NCBI RefSeq assembly: GCF_009914755.1
Contig: NC_060931.1
DNA length: 64,000 bases
Origin: the human T2T-CHM13v2.0 reference genome, Homo sapiens
Direction: 5' to 3' (one strand)
The translations under genes and the position numbers were made by a program. Under the pieces are notes generated by a model. The model made no database searches, was not told the origin of the DNA, and saw nothing but the letters and a program-made list of their open reading frames with translations. Positions 49,221-64,000 of the stretch are shown one piece after another (the first letter of the stretch is position 1; each line of letters starts with the position of its first letter).

Positions 49221-50849
49221 TAAAGTGTTTACAGAGATTCAACAGAATAACGTAAGTAAAGATCTATATAGGTATTTGTTAAATACATTGTTGTTTCTCT
49301 GTCTAGAATACTTTCCTTTCTCTCTTCTCCTGGCTCCTGTTCATATTTCAATTTCAGATATCCTGTTTCTGCTGGGAAGTGTCCTCTGATTCCTCATGTC
49401 TGGGATGAGCACTCTTCCCATGTATCCTTGGGATATTGTTATTCAATGGCTTACTTGTCTTTATCCCCTACTATACTGTAATATATTTGAGGGCAAGGAC
49501 TGTGTCTACTTTATTTACATTTGATTCTAAGAGCTGGGCCCATTTTGGGCATGGCATAAACAGTTATGTATAATAGTGAATATGATAATAGTGGTAGCAG
49601 GAATACTAAATTATGCAGAAAGAACTATGGATACACTAGGAAGGCAGTGGTTGCTAATCTCATGGGGTATGTGGGCTGAAAGAACCATGAAGGCTTCATA
49701 GGGAAGGTGAGTGGGAGCCGGAGCTCCAGTGAAGTGTAGGGTTTGGTTGAGTGGGGAGGTGGATCCCGAACAGAAAAAGCAACACGCGAAAGGCTGAGGG
49801 GTGGAAGCATGACTGTGTGGTGCTCAGATTCGGGAATTATGGGGAAGTGCCTTGGATGTAGGCGAGCTCAAAAGAGCAGGGTGAGGCCAGATGGGGAAGG
49901 GCCTTGAATACCATGCCAGGGGCTTGGGCTTCAACCCAACACCTCAATCACATGTGGAGACTCACCTGGCATGCTCTCTCTCACCCTGCCAAGGTGCATG
50001 TGTAATTTGCAGGTCCATTTTGCAGCCACACAGAGTCCTCGTTGGGTCTTTGCCACAGCGATCGCTGAAACTTCCTAGGTCTTTGATGGTTCTTTTATTG
50101 ATACCTAAACTGAGGCTCAGCTCCCAACTTTGAAGCTTCAGTGGAGGCTGTGGTCACTGCAGGATGAGAATCAAGGGGTTGTGGACTGGATGTTGAGTAT
50201 ACACCTTGCCTTGTGTAGATGAGACAGAGAAATCGCCTTCACTGGATAGGCTCAGGTTCCAGGAACTCCCATACCTTGCTGGACTGTGAGTTCCTTAAGG
50301 AAGAAAGCATGTCTGTTTTATTTCCAGATGTGCCAAGCACATAATAGGTACTCAATATGTATTTCCTGTGGCATGAGTCCAGGGAAAAGGGCTGAGGTTG
50401 GTGCACGTCAGGAAGCAGCTTAGTAGTCACTGCCTGTGTAAGGATGTCCCCCAAGTGGGGTGGCCAGCCATGCACTCCATGGTATTCAAAGGGATATGAC
50501 ATTCTGTGGCTGACATCCTAGTACAGGGAACAGGCTCCAGGTACTTTAGGGAAACTGGCCTTGTAGGATTAAATGAGGCAGAAACACAGTTCCTTGGAGA
50601 GGACCAAAAAAGTGTGGGGAAAATGAAAGTGTCTTTACGGTCACTTTCTTGACCTGGTTGGGACCAACTCAAGGTCATGCCCCCAAGAATGTAACATCAC
50701 TATGCTAGCACTGGTTGACCTGGTTGGGACCAACTCAAGGTCAGGCCCCCACGATTGCAACCAGGCTGAAGCAGCAGGCAAAGCTGATCAGAAGGAGCTT
50801 GCTGAAGTCTTAGCGGCACGTGACCCAAACAAGGAGGTTCTTGTCTGAT

Positions 50850-51310
50850 GTCCTCACGAGGGGTAGCATTGGCATCACAATGCCAGGACTCAAACTCTGT
50901 CTGTGGGGCTCTCTCATCTCCCTCCACCTCCTGGCATGGCTGTTTTCTGTACCCTGGTCTCATCCTCTTTTGCCACAGATGGGCTTCTTTCATGCTGTGG
51001 GGAGAGATGACTCCTGGCAGTTAGAGCATCACATTCTTCCAACCCTATAATCCCAAATCCCACGGGCAGGTCTCCCAGCTATCCCCAGCAGAAAAATCCT
51101 GGCAAGGAGCTCTGAGTGGCTCAACTAGAAATCTGTGTTCATGCCTTAACGGATCCCCGTGGCTAGAAGGATGGTGCCTTCCAAATGGCCAGACCCTAGT
51201 CAGGTACCCACTGCTCAGCCAGGGGTGGAATCTTGACTCTGCAATTGACAGCCTCTCCAGAGCCATTCACAACTGGGGCAGGCGGTGAGTTTCTGGAAAC
51301 AAAGGAGATG
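50850..51310 (-). mobile_element. MLT1J/K-like relic
   Basis: Degenerate CTCTGA.TGG..., GTGGCTAGAAGGATGG, AATGGCCAGACCCTAGTCAGGTACCCAC blocks. Confidence 0.5.
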
Positions 51311-52036
51311 CAAGGCAGCCCCAAACAACAGATATCTTTGGCCAAACCCAGCTGCTCTTCCTAACCGCTCCCTTCCCCCATCCCTGCATCAGCTCCCCTA
51401 TTTTCTAGATGAATCATCTCCATCTTCTGCAGATTCTATCTGTTCAAAGTTTCAATCATGGGCCTGTTAATTAGGCCTATTCCTCACAGTGCTTCGGTGC
51501 CTTTGGTTCTGTGACACGGGGCTGCGGGGAAAAGCAGCTAAAGAGGACTAATTAAGACTCAGAGTGCTTTCAATAATGTACATGGAAATGAACAAATTAA
51601 CTGACGATGGCAAAAAGGCAATATTGCCCCAGTGGGGATTCCGCATACGGAGATAACATTAAGGAGTGTGATAGTCATTGAGAGGAAACTATGAATTATG
51701 AGTGATATTCAGTCCCATTACCTCTGAGGTGTCAGATGTAATAGCAGGAAAATGTCAGAAGATGTTAAGAGACAAAACAAACTGAGGTTAAGGGAGCTCC
51801 ACAGGGGGAAGCTGAGCGGGGAAACAGTGAGAGTCTGCGGCGGGGAGGTGTTGCTTGCAGTCAGGGGACAGGTCCCGGCAAAAAATGGCCTGTTGTTGCT
51901 GACCGTTCTTTGCAAGTATGTGACAATCTGCTTGATGAATGAAGACTCCTTTTCTGTCAGGCTTGGATAATGCTGAAAAGGCAGCTCTGCGCACTAGGTG
52001 AGGACCCTGTGAGGTTCCCTGGGGGTACATTGAAGA

Positions 52037-52540
52037 CAGTAGGTCTCAAAATGCAGGCCAGGGACCGTCACCATCTGGAATACCCTCTATTCCGGGATTG
52101 CTCAGCAAAGCAAATTTCTTTTTTCTTTTTTTTTTTTTGAGACGGAGCCTCACTTTGTCACCCAGGCTGGAGGGCGATCTTGGCTCACTGTAGCTTCTGC
52201 CTCCTGGGCTCAAGTGACTCTTGTGCCTCAGCCTCCTGAGTAGCTGGGATTACAGGCACACACCACCACGCCCAGCTAACTTTTGTATTTTTAATAGAGA
52301 TGGGGTTTTGCCATGTTGGCCAGGCTGGTCTCGAACTCATGACCTCAAGTGATCTGCCCGCCTCAGCCTCCCAAAGTGCTGGGATTATAGGCATGAGCCA
52401 CCGTGCCTGGCCTGTCAGCAAAGCAAAGTCTGAGGGCTCTCTCCAGACCTACTGTGGGGTGGGGGCCCAGCAATTTGCATTTTAACCAGGCTTCCAGGCC
52501 AGGTGATTCGGATGCAGGCTTAGGTTTGAGAAATGTGGTC
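52037..52540. mobile_element. MER5-like hAT DNA transposon relic split by AluS (52114-52412, minus)
   Basis: GGGGTGGGGCCCAGCAATTTGCATTTTAAC..AGGTGATTC..ATGCA..GTTTGAGAA; Alu TSD TCAGCAAAGCAAA. Confidence 0.75.
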
Positions 52541-52826
52541 TTGGAATTAGGAGCCTTGTGTCTGGTCCCAAGTTGTGCCAGTTCCAAGCTGATCTGGTCA
52601 CTTAGCCCCATTTAATCCCCTCATTGCCAAGATAATAGTCCCTGCCCCGCTTCCATCACCAGGTTTCTGTGAGAATCCAATGAGATAATTGGTATCATCG
52701 GGAACAGTGGAGCGTGACACAAATGCAATGAATGATAATGATTATTTCAGAGACAGATGATCTTGATAAACTGAGGATCCTGATTTGGAGGGCAAGGGAG
52801 ATAGTGCCAAGGTAAGTAAAGGACAT

Positions 52827-53287
52827 GGGCTGGGCATGGAGGCGCATACCTCTGACCCCAGTGCTTTGAGAGGCCGAGGCAAGAAGATTGCTTGAGGCCA
52901 GCAGTTCCAGACCAGCCTGGGCAACACAGCAAGACCCTGGATCTACAAAATACTAAAAAAATTTAGCCAATTGTGTTGGAATGCACCTGTAGTCCCAGCT
53001 ACTCAGAGGACTGAGGTGGGAAGATTGCTTGAGTCCAGGAGGTTGAGGCTGCAGTGAGCTGTGATTGCACTATTGCACTATTGCGCTCCAGCCTGGGTAA
53101 CAGAGCAAGACCGTGTCTCCAAAAAAAATTTAAAAATTAGCTGGGTGTGGTGGTGCATGCCTGCAATCCTAGCTACTTGGGAGGCTGAGACAGGAGGATC
53201 ACTTAAGCCCAGGAGTTTGAGGCTGCACTGAGCTATGATTACACCGCTACACTCCAGCCTGGATGACAGAGCAAGACCCTATCTCCA

Positions 53288-53327
<40 letters not shown>
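52827..53327 (+). mobile_element. AluJ plus extra right arm, (AAT)n tail
   Basis: Dimer to ~53128, right arm to 53287, (AAT)n 53288-53327. Confidence 0.92.
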
Positions 53328-53329
<2 letters not shown>

Positions 53330-53531
53330 GAGGAAGTGAGGTACAGAAGTAGCTGATTGCTTACAGCTCAACGTTTGCCTTATTTGAACACAGTTTGAAC
53401 AAATTTGGATTGGCCAAGGAGAGAGATTTGTTTAAATGCCTCCCTCCAAAGCCCTGTGGTTGATAAGTGATTTGCCAAATCTAAATATACATAATAGATA
53501 ATTTCTGGCTGCTTTTGTTTGAAGGAGGTGA

Positions 53532-53877
<346 letters not shown>

Positions 53878-54187
53878 TAACTGCCATTTTTCTGCAGTGA
53901 CACACAATCATAGACACACATACCGAGCAGTGTCTTAACCAAGGCTTGGCTCATCCATCGGAGCTGAGTGTGTTCTTGGAGCGCTAACTGACCATACATA
54001 AGTTTCCTATTGAAAATTCGAGTAAAAAATGCAGAAGGGAAGAAGGTCGTTTTTTGCAATGAATAATTAAGCTAAAGGACGCATCTTTAAGGGAAGGTAG
54101 GGGGATGGAGAAAGAGCTAATAGTCATATTTTCCAGTCTTTATGAGAAATGAATGCAGGGACGTTGATTCAGAAATGTTTCAGACTG

Positions 54188-54579
<392 letters not shown>

Positions 54580-54586
54580 CTATGAT

Positions 54587-54983
54587 TGCCTTAAAAGAAA
54601 AACCTTAGACAAATTAAATTTAACAGCGTTTAATTGAGCAAAGAACAATTCATAAATTGGGCAGCCTCCCAAGCCAGCATCAGTTCAGAGAGTCTCTGGT
54701 GCAGCCATGTGGTGGGAGAAGATTTATGGACAGAAAAAAGAAAATGACACACAGAAAACGGAAGTGAAGTACAGAAATAGCTGATTGGTCACAGCTTAGC
54801 ATTTGCCTTATTTGAACACAGTTTGAACAAATTTTGATTGGCTGAAACCTGGTGATTGGCACAAAAGTAAGTTACAGTCTGTTTACACATCAAGTTAGGT
54901 TACAGTTCACTAGGGATAGAGAAACAGTTAGGTGGAACTTAAAATATATAGAGGGGCAGCTTTAGGCTAAACTTAATTGAACA
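54587..54983 (-). mobile_element. MER57-like solo LTR (ERV1)
   Basis: Right end GCAGCTTTAGGCTAAACTTAATTGAACA matches recalled MER57 5' end. Confidence 0.8.
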
Positions 54984-55388
54984 ACCCAACCAAACCAGGT
55001 TCTGTGTTTTTCCTGGGACATGCTTTCCTTCCTCTCTATCTTCCCTTATGCTGCGATGCTTCTCTTTTCTCACTATAGCTGTTTGCCCAAACAAAACCAT
55101 TAAGCCTGAGTTTTTTTGCTCAGCCATCTCATACTAACACCTCTCCTCCCTTGGGCTTTAATTATATTTTGTGTATGTGTCTCTCACGAGCTTGAATTTT
55201 GTCTTTGATTGTAGTTATATTGGACACCCCCTGCACAGCTGACCTAAATCACTAGAACCTGGGAATGGTTAGTGGTGTTTCATTCTTCCCCCTCCTCCAG
55301 TCCAGTTTTCTCCATATGGACCGCATGAATGATGTCTAATTTCTCTGAATGCCCAATGCATTTGTTAACAATCCTTGTATACAATTCA

Positions 55389-55640
<252 letters not shown>

Positions 55641-56288
55641 AATACAGATCCTCTTATAAACACCTTTATTTGCTTCACATCAGCCACTTGCTCCTTAGTC
55701 TCCTTGTCCTGTTTCCCAGAAAATTCACACTTATTCCTAATATGTCATTTTCATAGCTAAATGAACAGTGAGTGGGATTTGAGGTATCTGCTCACAAGCT
55801 GGAGATACATTTGGAGACACTGGAAACCAGAAGGGCTGCTTAGCTGTGTATTTTAGTGTCTGGGGTTTCTGAAGCTGTGGGTCAAGTTGCCTCCTGTTTA
55901 CCCATGACTTTGAGCCCATGGGACAGATTTTGTGTCTTGGATGCTACAGAGGCCTTGGAAAAATCCTTCAGTGACTGCCATCCCAGCTGATAGGATGCCC
56001 AGCATCCTGGGCACCTATCCATGAAGCTCACCCATGATCAGAGCCTGGCAGGGGCGTGGAGGATCAAGAAGGAACTCCTTGGCTGCTACAAAGGCTGAAA
56101 TCAACCTCCTACCACCAAACCCCTGAGACACACACTCTGATCTGCTCCCAGCTGCCCTAAAGCCCCTCATTTTCTTCCCACTTCTGGTTGAGCCCATATA
56201 GTTTCTTCTCTCGGGGATGCCTCTCTACCCTCTCAAATTCTCAGTCTCATGAATTCCTTTTGATCCCTGTCATCTTCACTCAATGCCT

Positions 56289-56759
56289 TGTGAAAGGAAG
56301 ATAAATCTTGGGCCCCCCAAATCAGTAAGCTAATGGGAAAAATCAACCTGGGAACTGCTCAGGGCCAACCTGCCTCCCATTCTACTCAAAGTCACCCCTC
56401 TGCTCACTGAGATCAATGCATATCTGATTGTCTCCTTTGGAGAGGCTAATCAGAAACTCAGAAGAATGCAACCATTTGTCTCTTATGTACCTATGACCTG
56501 GAAGCCCCCTCCCCACTTTGAGTCTTTCTACCTTCGCTTCAAGTTGTCCCAGCTTTCCAGACTAAACCAATGTTCATCTTGCATATGTTGATCGATGTCT
56601 CATGTCTCCATAGAATGTATAAAACCAAACTGTGCTCCGACCGCCTTGGACACATGTTGTCAGAACCCCTGAGGCTGTGTCCTGGGCATGCATCTTCAAC
56701 CTTGGCAAAATAAACTTTCTAAATTGACTGAGACCTGTCTCAGATTTTCAGGGTTCACA
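56289..56759 (+). mobile_element. MER4A-like solo LTR
   Basis: TGTGAAAGGAAGATAAATCTTGGG...GGGTTCACA; perfect TSD GCCT. Confidence 0.88.
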
Positions 56760-56777
56760 GCCTTAATTGAGATTTAG

Positions 56778-57545
<768 letters not shown>

Positions 57546-57591
57546 CAAACACCCAGACAAACTTAAGGACTCCTTCCTCTTTTAAAAAAAA

Positions 57592-57880
57592 TTTTTTTGA
57601 GGTAAAGTCTTCCTTTGTTCCCAGGATGGAGTACAGTGGCATGATTACAGTTCACTCCAGTCTTGACCTCCTGGGCTCAAGCAATTCTCCCACCTTAGCC
57701 TCTCAAGCAGCTGGGAATACAGGTGCATACCACTGTGCCCAAATAATTTTTAAATTTTTTTGTAAAGATGGGGTCTCACTGTATTGTTCAGGCTGTTCTC
57801 AAATTCCTAGGCTCAAGTGATTCTCTCATCTCAGCCTCCCAAAGTGCTGGGATTACAGGCCTGGACCACCCCACCAGGCC
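57592..57880 (-). mobile_element. AluJ
   Basis: Diverged full Alu. Confidence 0.9.
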
Positions 57881-58019
57881 ATGACTCCTTTCTTTTAATT
57901 CCACGACAGGCTTTGCCTGATAGCACTTATGGCTTTTGGAAACCATTTGTTTACTTGTCTTCCATGTTTATAAGGTTCTTAAGAGTGGAAGCTGTGCTAA
58001 ATATCTCTCTGTATCTCAG

Positions 58020-58640
58020 TGTCAGAGACGGTTGAACCAGAGTGACTCCATCTTGAATAGGGGCTGGCTAAAATGAGGCTGAGACCTACTGGGCTGCATT
58101 CCTAGGAGATTAGGCATTCTTAGTCACAGGATGAGATTCGAGGTTGGTACAAGATACAGGTCACAAAGACCCTGCTGATAAAACAGGACACAGTAAAGAA
58201 GCCTGCCAAATCCCACCAAAACCAAGATGGTGACGAAAGTGACCTGTGGTCATCCTCACTGCTCATTATACACTAATTATAATGCACTATCATGCTAAGA
58301 GACACTCCCACCCACACCATGACAGTTTACAAATGCCATGGCAACATCAGAAAGTTACCCTATATGGTCTAAAAAGGGGAGGAACCCTCAGTTCTGGGAG
58401 TTGCTTTTCCTGGAAAACTCATGAATAATTCACCGCTTGTGTAGCGTATAATCAAGAAATAACCATGAAAGAGCCATTGAGGAGCCCACACTACTGCTCT
58501 GCCTATGGAGTAGCCATTCTTTGGTTTCTTTACTTCTCTAATAGACTCACCTTTACTTTATGGAGTAATTCAAATTCTTTTTTGGGCGAGATCCAAGAAC
58601 ACTCTCTTGGGGTCTGGATCGGGACTCCTTTCTAGTAACA
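58020..58640 (+). mobile_element. MER41B-like solo LTR
   Basis: TGTCAGAGAC..TTGAACCAGAG..ACTCCATCTTG...GTAACA; perfect TSD TCAG; GAS-bearing segment present. Confidence 0.9.
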
Positions 58641-58886
58641 TCAGCACCTAGAATTGTGTCTGAAACCTTATTATTACATGCAAAATACTTGCCAGTGGAA
58701 TGAATGAGTTTCAGCAGGAGGAAGTGCCGTGGTGCTCCAGGAACCCTTTCTTCGGTTTCCTTGTTCAGTCACTGTCCTGTCTTGGAACCCAGAAAGAAAG
58801 AAGAGATTCAAATGATGATATCAGGGTTTAGACTTGGGACAGGGTAGGAAGACGGGTGATGAGAGGCCCAGCAAGCTGCCTGGAAG

Positions 58887-59620
58887 TGTAACCGCCCAAT
58901 GGGTTCACCTTTCCCACTGTCTAGACAGAGCCGATTTATCAACACAGGGGACTTGCGTTGGAGAAAGAGTAATTCATGCAAAGCCAGTTGTGTGGGAGAA
59001 GGGAGTTTTATTATTACTCAAATCAGTCTCCCAAACATTCAGGAATCAGAGTTTTTAAAGATAATTTGGTGGGCGGGGCTTGGGAAGTGGGGAGTGTTGA
59101 TTGGTCAGGTTGGAGATGGAATCATAAGGGGTCGAAGTGAGTTTTTCTTACTGTCTTCTGTTCCTGGGTGGGATTGCAGAACTGGTTGAGCCAGATTACC
59201 TGTCTGGGTGGTGTCATCTGATCCATCCAGTGCAGGTTCTACAAAATATCTCAAGCGCTGATCTGATCTTAGGTTTTAGAATAGTGATGTTATCCCCAGA
59301 AGCAATTGGAGGAGGTTCAGACTCTTGGAGCCAGAGGCTGCATGGCCCCTAAACTGCAATTTCTAATCTTGTAGCTAATTTGTTAGTCCTGCAAAGGCAG
59401 ACTGTTCCCCAGGCAAGAAGGGGGTCTTTTCGGGAAAGGGCTGTTAACAATTTTGTTTCAGAGTCAAACCATGAACTGAATTCCTTCCCAAAGCTAGTTC
59501 AGCCTATGCCCAGGCATGAACAAGGACAGCTTAAAGGTTAGAAGCAAGGTGGTGTTGGTTAGGTCTGATCTCTTTCACTGTCATAATTTCCTCAGTTATC
59601 ATTTTGCAAAGGTGATTTCA
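58887..59620 (-). mobile_element. LTR8-family solo LTR
   Basis: TGTAACCGCCCAATGGGTTCACC...TTTTGCAAAGGTGATTTCA; near-TSD GAAG/GGAG. Confidence 0.88.
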
Positions 59621-59788
59621 GGAGTGGGGAGTCCATTGGATCAGGTAGAATGTAGGGATTCACAGTGTTCAGCTTCATGAAGCGTCATGACGGGGAAAGT
59701 CATTCATTCATGCATTCATTCACCAAGTTGATTGTGTACAATATCCCAGCAGTGAGCTCTGCAGACACAATTTCTGCTCTCAAGGCTA

Positions 59789-60148
<360 letters not shown>

Positions 60149-60623
60149 ATGTATCATTATAAATCATAAAAGAAAATTGATAGGAGAAATAAATGACGAA
60201 TGAAGGGGGGATCTGATTTAGATTGGCTGGGTCAGGGAAGGCCATTCTGAGGAGGTGATAATGGAAGCAAAGACTCTAAGGACCATTCTGGAGCAGGGGA
60301 TTGTCAGGGAGCCAGCAGGTTCACCCCCAAGGATTCTTCCCCTAAGTCCAAGACTCTCCAACGGCCTCCAGCTTAAGACGTTCTCAGACTCTGGAGCACC
60401 ATCTCCCCTAGCACCCAAGACCCCCTGGACACCCCCTTATTTGCCTCAACCTGCCCCGCAGAGTCCTGAGCAATGGTGACACCTGTTTTAGGAATCTGTC
60501 CAAACTGAGTGTGACTACACTTGGATGCTTTTCATCACAATGAGTGAAATCTCAGGCCACCAAGAGGCTACCCAGGCACAGCCTTTTCTCAGGCCTTTTT
60601 ATTCCTCACCAAATGTTATCCTT

Positions 60624-61373
60624 TGAAGACTAAGCTCTGATTTTTTAAATCTTGTCCAAATTCCTATCTAAGGGATCCGGGGAGTCATGCCCTACAAACC
60701 ATAAATTCTCATCAGATGGGTTTTATTTAACCCTATATATCGTGACTTTCTTTCCAACCTGACCCTGGCATAACATTACAAGACACAGAAGAAATATTTT
60801 ACCCCAAACATGTTTCTTTGCCATATCTTGAAATGGCCCTGCAAGGCTGTCCTTTGTGGGGGAAAATTTGCATCTGTACAGGATCTCTATTCACATAGCT
60901 AGATCTTTTTCTTCCAGGCCCTACCAATTCTAGAGATTAACTAAAAGTCTAGCACTTTTTAAAGATCTGAATAGGAAACACTTGTCATCTATTGTCTCTA
61001 AGGGCAGCCACTGTGAGATTTCAGAAGAACCTTGGTCTCCACAATCTTTTAACCTGAACGTTTCCTTTCTATTGATCCCAGGTCTTTCGACAAACTCAAC
61101 CAATTGTCAATAAGAAAATGTTTAAATTTACCTATAGCCTGGAAACCCCCACTCCCTACTTCAAGTTGTCCTGCCTTTCTGGACCAAACCAATGCATTTC
61201 TTAAATGTATTTGATGTCTAATGCCTCCCTAAAATGTATAAAACCAAGCTGCACCCCGACCACCTTGGGCACATGTTCTCAGGACTTCCTGAGGGCTGTG
61301 TCATGGACCATGGTCACTATTATTTGGCTCAGAATAAATCTCTTCAAATATTTTACAGAGTTTTTCATTGACA
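60624..61373 (+). mobile_element. MER4-family (D/E-like) solo LTR
   Basis: TGAAGACTAAGCTCTGATTTT...TTGACA; 3' part homologous to the MER4A at 56289; AATAAA at ~61333. Confidence 0.82.
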
Positions 61374-62045
61374 CCCTCAACTACCCTTCCGGCAGCGTTA
61401 TTTTCAGACCTCTGATGGTGGAAGTTAAAACTCCAATCTTTGGGATGTGTGTTGGTCTCCTCCAGGATTGCTTCCTCCTGTTGGGGGTGAAGGAAGTGCA
61501 ATGAGGGGGTGCCACGTAGATTTGATCTGAGGGGGCCTTTCATTTCGTGCCATCCACTCCAGCTTCCTCTGACTTCTCCAGAGAACAAAATGCTGTGGTT
61601 CAGAATGAGATCTGCTCCCAGCTTCCCTGGGGTTTAATCCCATTACCTTCCACTGGGGGCCAAGTCTCTGGCAAATGTTGAAAGAAAGGAACTAAGCTCT
61701 TTCCAAAGAGTTAGGGAGAAGGAGGGGGACCAGTAGAGGCCCCAGGAAAAGAACTTCGAAAGGGAGATTCACATACATTATTCAGTCCTCCTCCATGGGA
61801 CCTCTGGCATGGGTTGTTTGGTAAGAAGTGTGTTGTTAATGGTGTCTATTGCCATAAGAAGGAAAATCACTCCACAGAGCAGGTTCAGAATCTCCTCCCC
61901 AATTACCCTAGGCAGTCTGTGTGCACCTTGGACACTTAGCCCTGGCAATGAGTTCATGCAAGTGAGGAAACCAGGTGGACTTCCCAGTGGCCACCTCCCT
62001 TCGTCTCTGCCCACATCACCTGCTATTAAAGAGACACAAAACTCA

Positions 62046-63680
<1,635 letters not shown>

Positions 63681-63687
63681 GTCATTG

Positions 63688-64000
63688 TTTTTTGTTAACT
63701 TTCATTTTAGTTTCAGGGGCTCAGGTTTGTTATAAAGGTAAATTGCATGTCATTGGGGTTTGGTATACAGACTATTCCATCACCCAGGTATTAATCATAA
63801 GCATAGTACCCAATATGTAGTTTTTGTGATCCTCACCCTCCTCCCACCCTCCACCTTCCACCCTCAAGTACGCCCTGGTGTCTGTTGTTCCCTTTTTGTG
63901 TCCATGTGTACTCAATGGTTAACTCCCACTTATAAATGAGAGCATGCAGAATTTGGTGTTCTGTTCCTGCATTAGTTCACTTAGGATAATGGTCTCCAGC
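63688..64000 (-). mobile_element. L1PA/PB 3' end, continues beyond window
   Basis: CTCCCACTTATAAATGAGAGCATGC..TTTGG..TTCTGTTCCTGCATTAGTT antisense 3'UTR. Confidence 0.92.

Noticed and set aside
50649-50761. CRISPR-like look (29-bp palindromic repeat, 37-bp spacer)
   Set aside because: Only two copies, similarity extends into the spacer, primate DNA with no cas genes; a tandem duplication
55989-56019. Small hairpin GATAGG-A-TGCCCAG-CATC-CTGGGCA-CCTATC
   Set aside because: 13-bp stem, too short to imply an RNA gene; plausible by chance or minor template switch

Overview
Primate (human-like) non-coding genomic DNA, dominated by interspersed repeats. It holds about 50 Alu elements or fragments (AluJ, AluS, two AluY), about 20 solo LTRs (MaLR THE1/MST/MLT1, ERVL MLT2, and ERV1 LTR6-, LTR8-, LTR15-, MER4-, MER39-, MER41-, MER57-, MER83/84-like), plus L1/HAL1 fragments, L2/MIR/MER5 relics and microsatellites. 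I find no supportable protein-coding gene, structural RNA gene or CpG island; the longer ORFs in the track trace to Alu, L1, LTR or microsatellite sequence. I cannot support a new multi-gene system. The most interesting unexplained structure is: (i) repeated short, locally templated copy events (a 402-bp and several 40-95-bp dispersed duplicates, an inverted MIR patch inside a younger Alu, snap-back insertions); (ii) an 85-nt pri-miRNA-like hairpin in unique sequence at 43195-43279; (iii) a spacer-less tail-to-tail L1PB palindrome; (iv) duplication-built TF-site clusters (YY1-like x3, NR5A/ERR x2); (v) a dense ERV1 solo-LTR cluster at the right end. Repeat subfamily names come from recalled consensus sequences, and boundaries without a stated TSD are approximate.
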